From Phoronis australis (Eukaryota > Animalia > Phoronida): a stretch of DNA of 64,000 bases. The DNA lies in contig NMRA01000091.1 in NCBI GenBank assembly GCA_002633005.1, positions 479,267-543,266 of the forward strand. The letters are read 5' to 3'. Below, one piece after another: positions 61,247 to 64,000 of this stretch. The notes beneath the pieces were generated by a model. The model searched no databases and was not told the DNA's origin. It saw only the letters and a program-made list of their open reading frames with translations. Position 1 is the first letter of the stretch, and each line of letters opens with the position of its first letter. Made by a program: the position numbers and the translations under genes.

Positions 61247-64000
61247 GGGGGGGGGGGGGGGGGCTCTTTCGAGCCCTCCGTGCCCCCCCCCCGGGTGCGC
61301 GCATACCCGTTTAGCAAACTTTGAAAGGAGTTTCTGAATCTTCATCGTATAAAAAGAAACACATTCAAGGTCAAGGGCCGGAATAAAATTCATGAATGAC
61401 ATGACTGAGTTCATGACCGACATAAAGACATTAAGTAAACACAGTTCAACAAAACGCCACGGTACGTAGACTTCATAGCGAAACATATATCGAGTGACTG
61501 TGGCTCTGTGGCGTCTAAGCGGGACACCAGGCATTTGTTAACTGGGCGGTTACAAAGTCACCAACCAGGGATGGGTGGAGGGCGCCACTTAGTGAGGTGT
61601 CGATTGGGAGCAAGGAGGTGCTCGCTACGCCGCGTAGGCCACTGTCATTTCACCTCAACTGCAAACTACTATTGACAACCGTGTATATGGCAAACATTAG
61701 TAAAGCAACTGAAGTTACGTCATTTAACTCCAACTGTGTCACCTGATTTTGTGGCTTTTCAAGTCAAAGGCTCTGGGTGGTACCATGCAATTCTGGGCCT
61801 GTTCAAACTGAACCAACACGACCGTGGAATGCTGAAGTCAATACCTCGTACAGATTTCTTCCGGAAGATCTTCGGTGTTCAGGGTACAGACACTTTCTGC
61901 TTGGGCGAAAACCGGGACCAATTTCTCTTCGGTGAACATGGCATATGATTTGACTTCATGACTGGTCCTGCTCAGTCACAAATAAACTCATCCTGGCTGT
62001 AGTACGAGCTCATACTCTACCACTGGCCTTGATTTATGCCGCGGCACTTTACTCAGATGTTCTGAAGTGTCCTTAGCATGAATGAATAAAGCCACCAAGC
62101 TTTTGTGATCGCACTTGTTTGATGAGAACTCTCTCAGAAATTACCATCGTTTTTCGTTTTGTCTTAAGAACATGATAGCCTCAAAATGAATCTTTACAAA
62201 TAACAATTCTTACAAATTGTAAACATCAAAGGGATTTATTTCCATTTAAATGACCCCAAATCGTCAAATAAATGATAATGCAAAACAACAAGAGCGTTAC
62301 ATGTACAAGTTTTTTCACATTATGCTCAAACCTAATGACAAAGTTCATCGGATTCAGTTTCGACACTGATCGCGTTATAGGCCTACATTCAGAAAACAAC
62401 TTGTTTTCATTTGAAAGACCTTAGAGTTGATTTTTTATAACAATTTAAAGCACATTTCTTATTCCTAATTTCGTCCAATCTGTCTGTAAAATCTGCTCAT
62501 AATTTCCAGCTTTTGCAAGACAATTTTCACTTAATCTACTCTTTAGCTGAATATTCAAAAAAGTTACATCAAGTTACAAGGTGCAATATGGCAGTAAGAG
62601 GGTCACAAAAACGGCCTCTAAACTTAGCTAGGGAAAGTGGTCTGTGAATTAGATCTCCCCTGTCTAGCACAACGCCGTCAAATTTGAGTAAATGCCAAAT
62701 ACTCATTAGTATACATTGGTTATTGCAGCCACCAAAGTAAAACTTTCAAACTATTTTGTAAATTACTTATTTTTGGTCCTGAAAACATACAATTTTGGAT
62801 CAGACGGCTAACATAAGCAATTGCGGTCTAGTGCTCCGGCGGCGAAATTAGGGGTCATTGAGTGCACAAAATGTTAGTATTTGTTAGGATACCTATCTAT
62901 GTACAAAAAAATGAAGTTGTTTTGAATTTTTATGTATAGACTGATTTTTGAAAATCTCCTTTTTATTTTTTTATTTTTTTTTTGAAAATCTACTGGTTTT
63001 TATATAGACTGCCTCTTAACAAAATCAATATTTGACTTGAACTTTATTGACACTGACCTAGCTGTGTAAACGTTTATTTAACCCCATTGTCATGTCGGCC
63101 TACGAGGCCAGCGAGCAGAGTATTTAGGCTTCCTTCATGAATGATTGTTGAGTAATATTCCACTTGTTCCTCATGTGTTGATGCGTGAATTCTGTCTGTC
63201 GCTAAAAGTGTTCCCCATCCGATTACTCGGTGACGAGGCCCGATAGACACAAGCTTAATTTTTCGCAGTGTTTGCCCGGTGTGTTCGGAAGACGCAAGAG
63301 TCTCGAGGAATGCTATTTTTAGTTTCAAGTGCTTCCCTTGTTATACAAGGCGATATCTCCAGAACTCTTGCTCGCTCTTGCGTTTTCGCCACGACGTTCT
63401 CACATCTGCGACCGAACGCCGGTTGTGAGCGTGCCGTCGTATTCTGAACCGTTCAGAATACGGCTATAGCCCCCCCAGCCCCCCTGTGCTGCACCATCCA
63501 TAGACAATGGAAGCCGGAGCACTGAAAAAGTGGGGGGCTATAGCCACCCAGCCCCCTATGTTGCGCCGCCCATGACGCACACTGTTGAACAGTGTATTTC
63601 GCGGTGTAACCTTGGCGTTTGAAAATCGCGTGCGTCTTCATTTTTGCTGTGGGTCTAATCTCTAGCTGTACTCGATCGAAACCTGACTTGAAAATTCATT
63701 AATAGAATGTTACACACGAGAATGCATACTAACAAAGAACTTGTAAATTTGTAGACTGATCCACGTTAACCAAGAAGCAGGATGACATGTTAGTTAAATT
63801 AAATTTTGAGTCTTGGACCCTCGGGTCAATTTTTCATAAACAGACTGTTTGACTGTCACTTTTGACAAGCCTGTTAAATATGAACGGTAGCACTATAATC
63901 TGCGAGCATTTGTCAGCAACTTAAATGGGAACAAACCTCTACAAAAATTTGACTCATTTATTGAGGTTCAGTACAAGCACACTCCTTTTCAAGCGCCCAC

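Noticed and set aside
63060-63660. CpG-rich stretch with short ORFs, a possible promoter or first exon of a neighbouring gene
   Set aside because: No recognisable protein motif or splice pattern. Part of it is a short GGGGGGCTATAGCCCCCC-type repeat typical of transposon ends.

Overview
AT-rich, intron-rich animal genomic DNA, most likely a marine invertebrate; the taxon is an inference from the gene and repeat types. I reconstructed four spliced protein-coding genes by hand from GT-AG boundaries and phase continuity. (1) The last 7 exons of FTCD on the + strand, 10797-18299. (2) A two-exon orphan rhodopsin-class GPCR on the - strand, 5953-7249, apparently nested antisense in a >10 kb FTCD intron. 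(3) A three-coding-exon, 360-aa non-canonical CDC123-like (R2K-type) ATP-grasp gene on the - strand, 23004-26382, whose N-terminus looks like a WIP/verprolin-type WH2 actin-binding motif. (4) An 18-coding-exon, 865-aa ABCB6/HMT-1 half-transporter on the + strand, 30179-55521, head-to-head with gene 3. Two ABCB6 exons appear twice across an N-gap, probably because two haplotypes were not collapsed. The rest is a decayed L1/Tx1-like LINE, a decayed mariner, Helentron/HINE-like repeats carrying CTCF-like motifs, several MITE families, minisatellites (one with an 8-unit higher-order repeat) and tandem repeats seeded at exon ends. The most interesting candidate is the WH2 plus ATP-grasp protein, a possible actin-targeted ligase. 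That function is a hypothesis and is not shown by the sequence.
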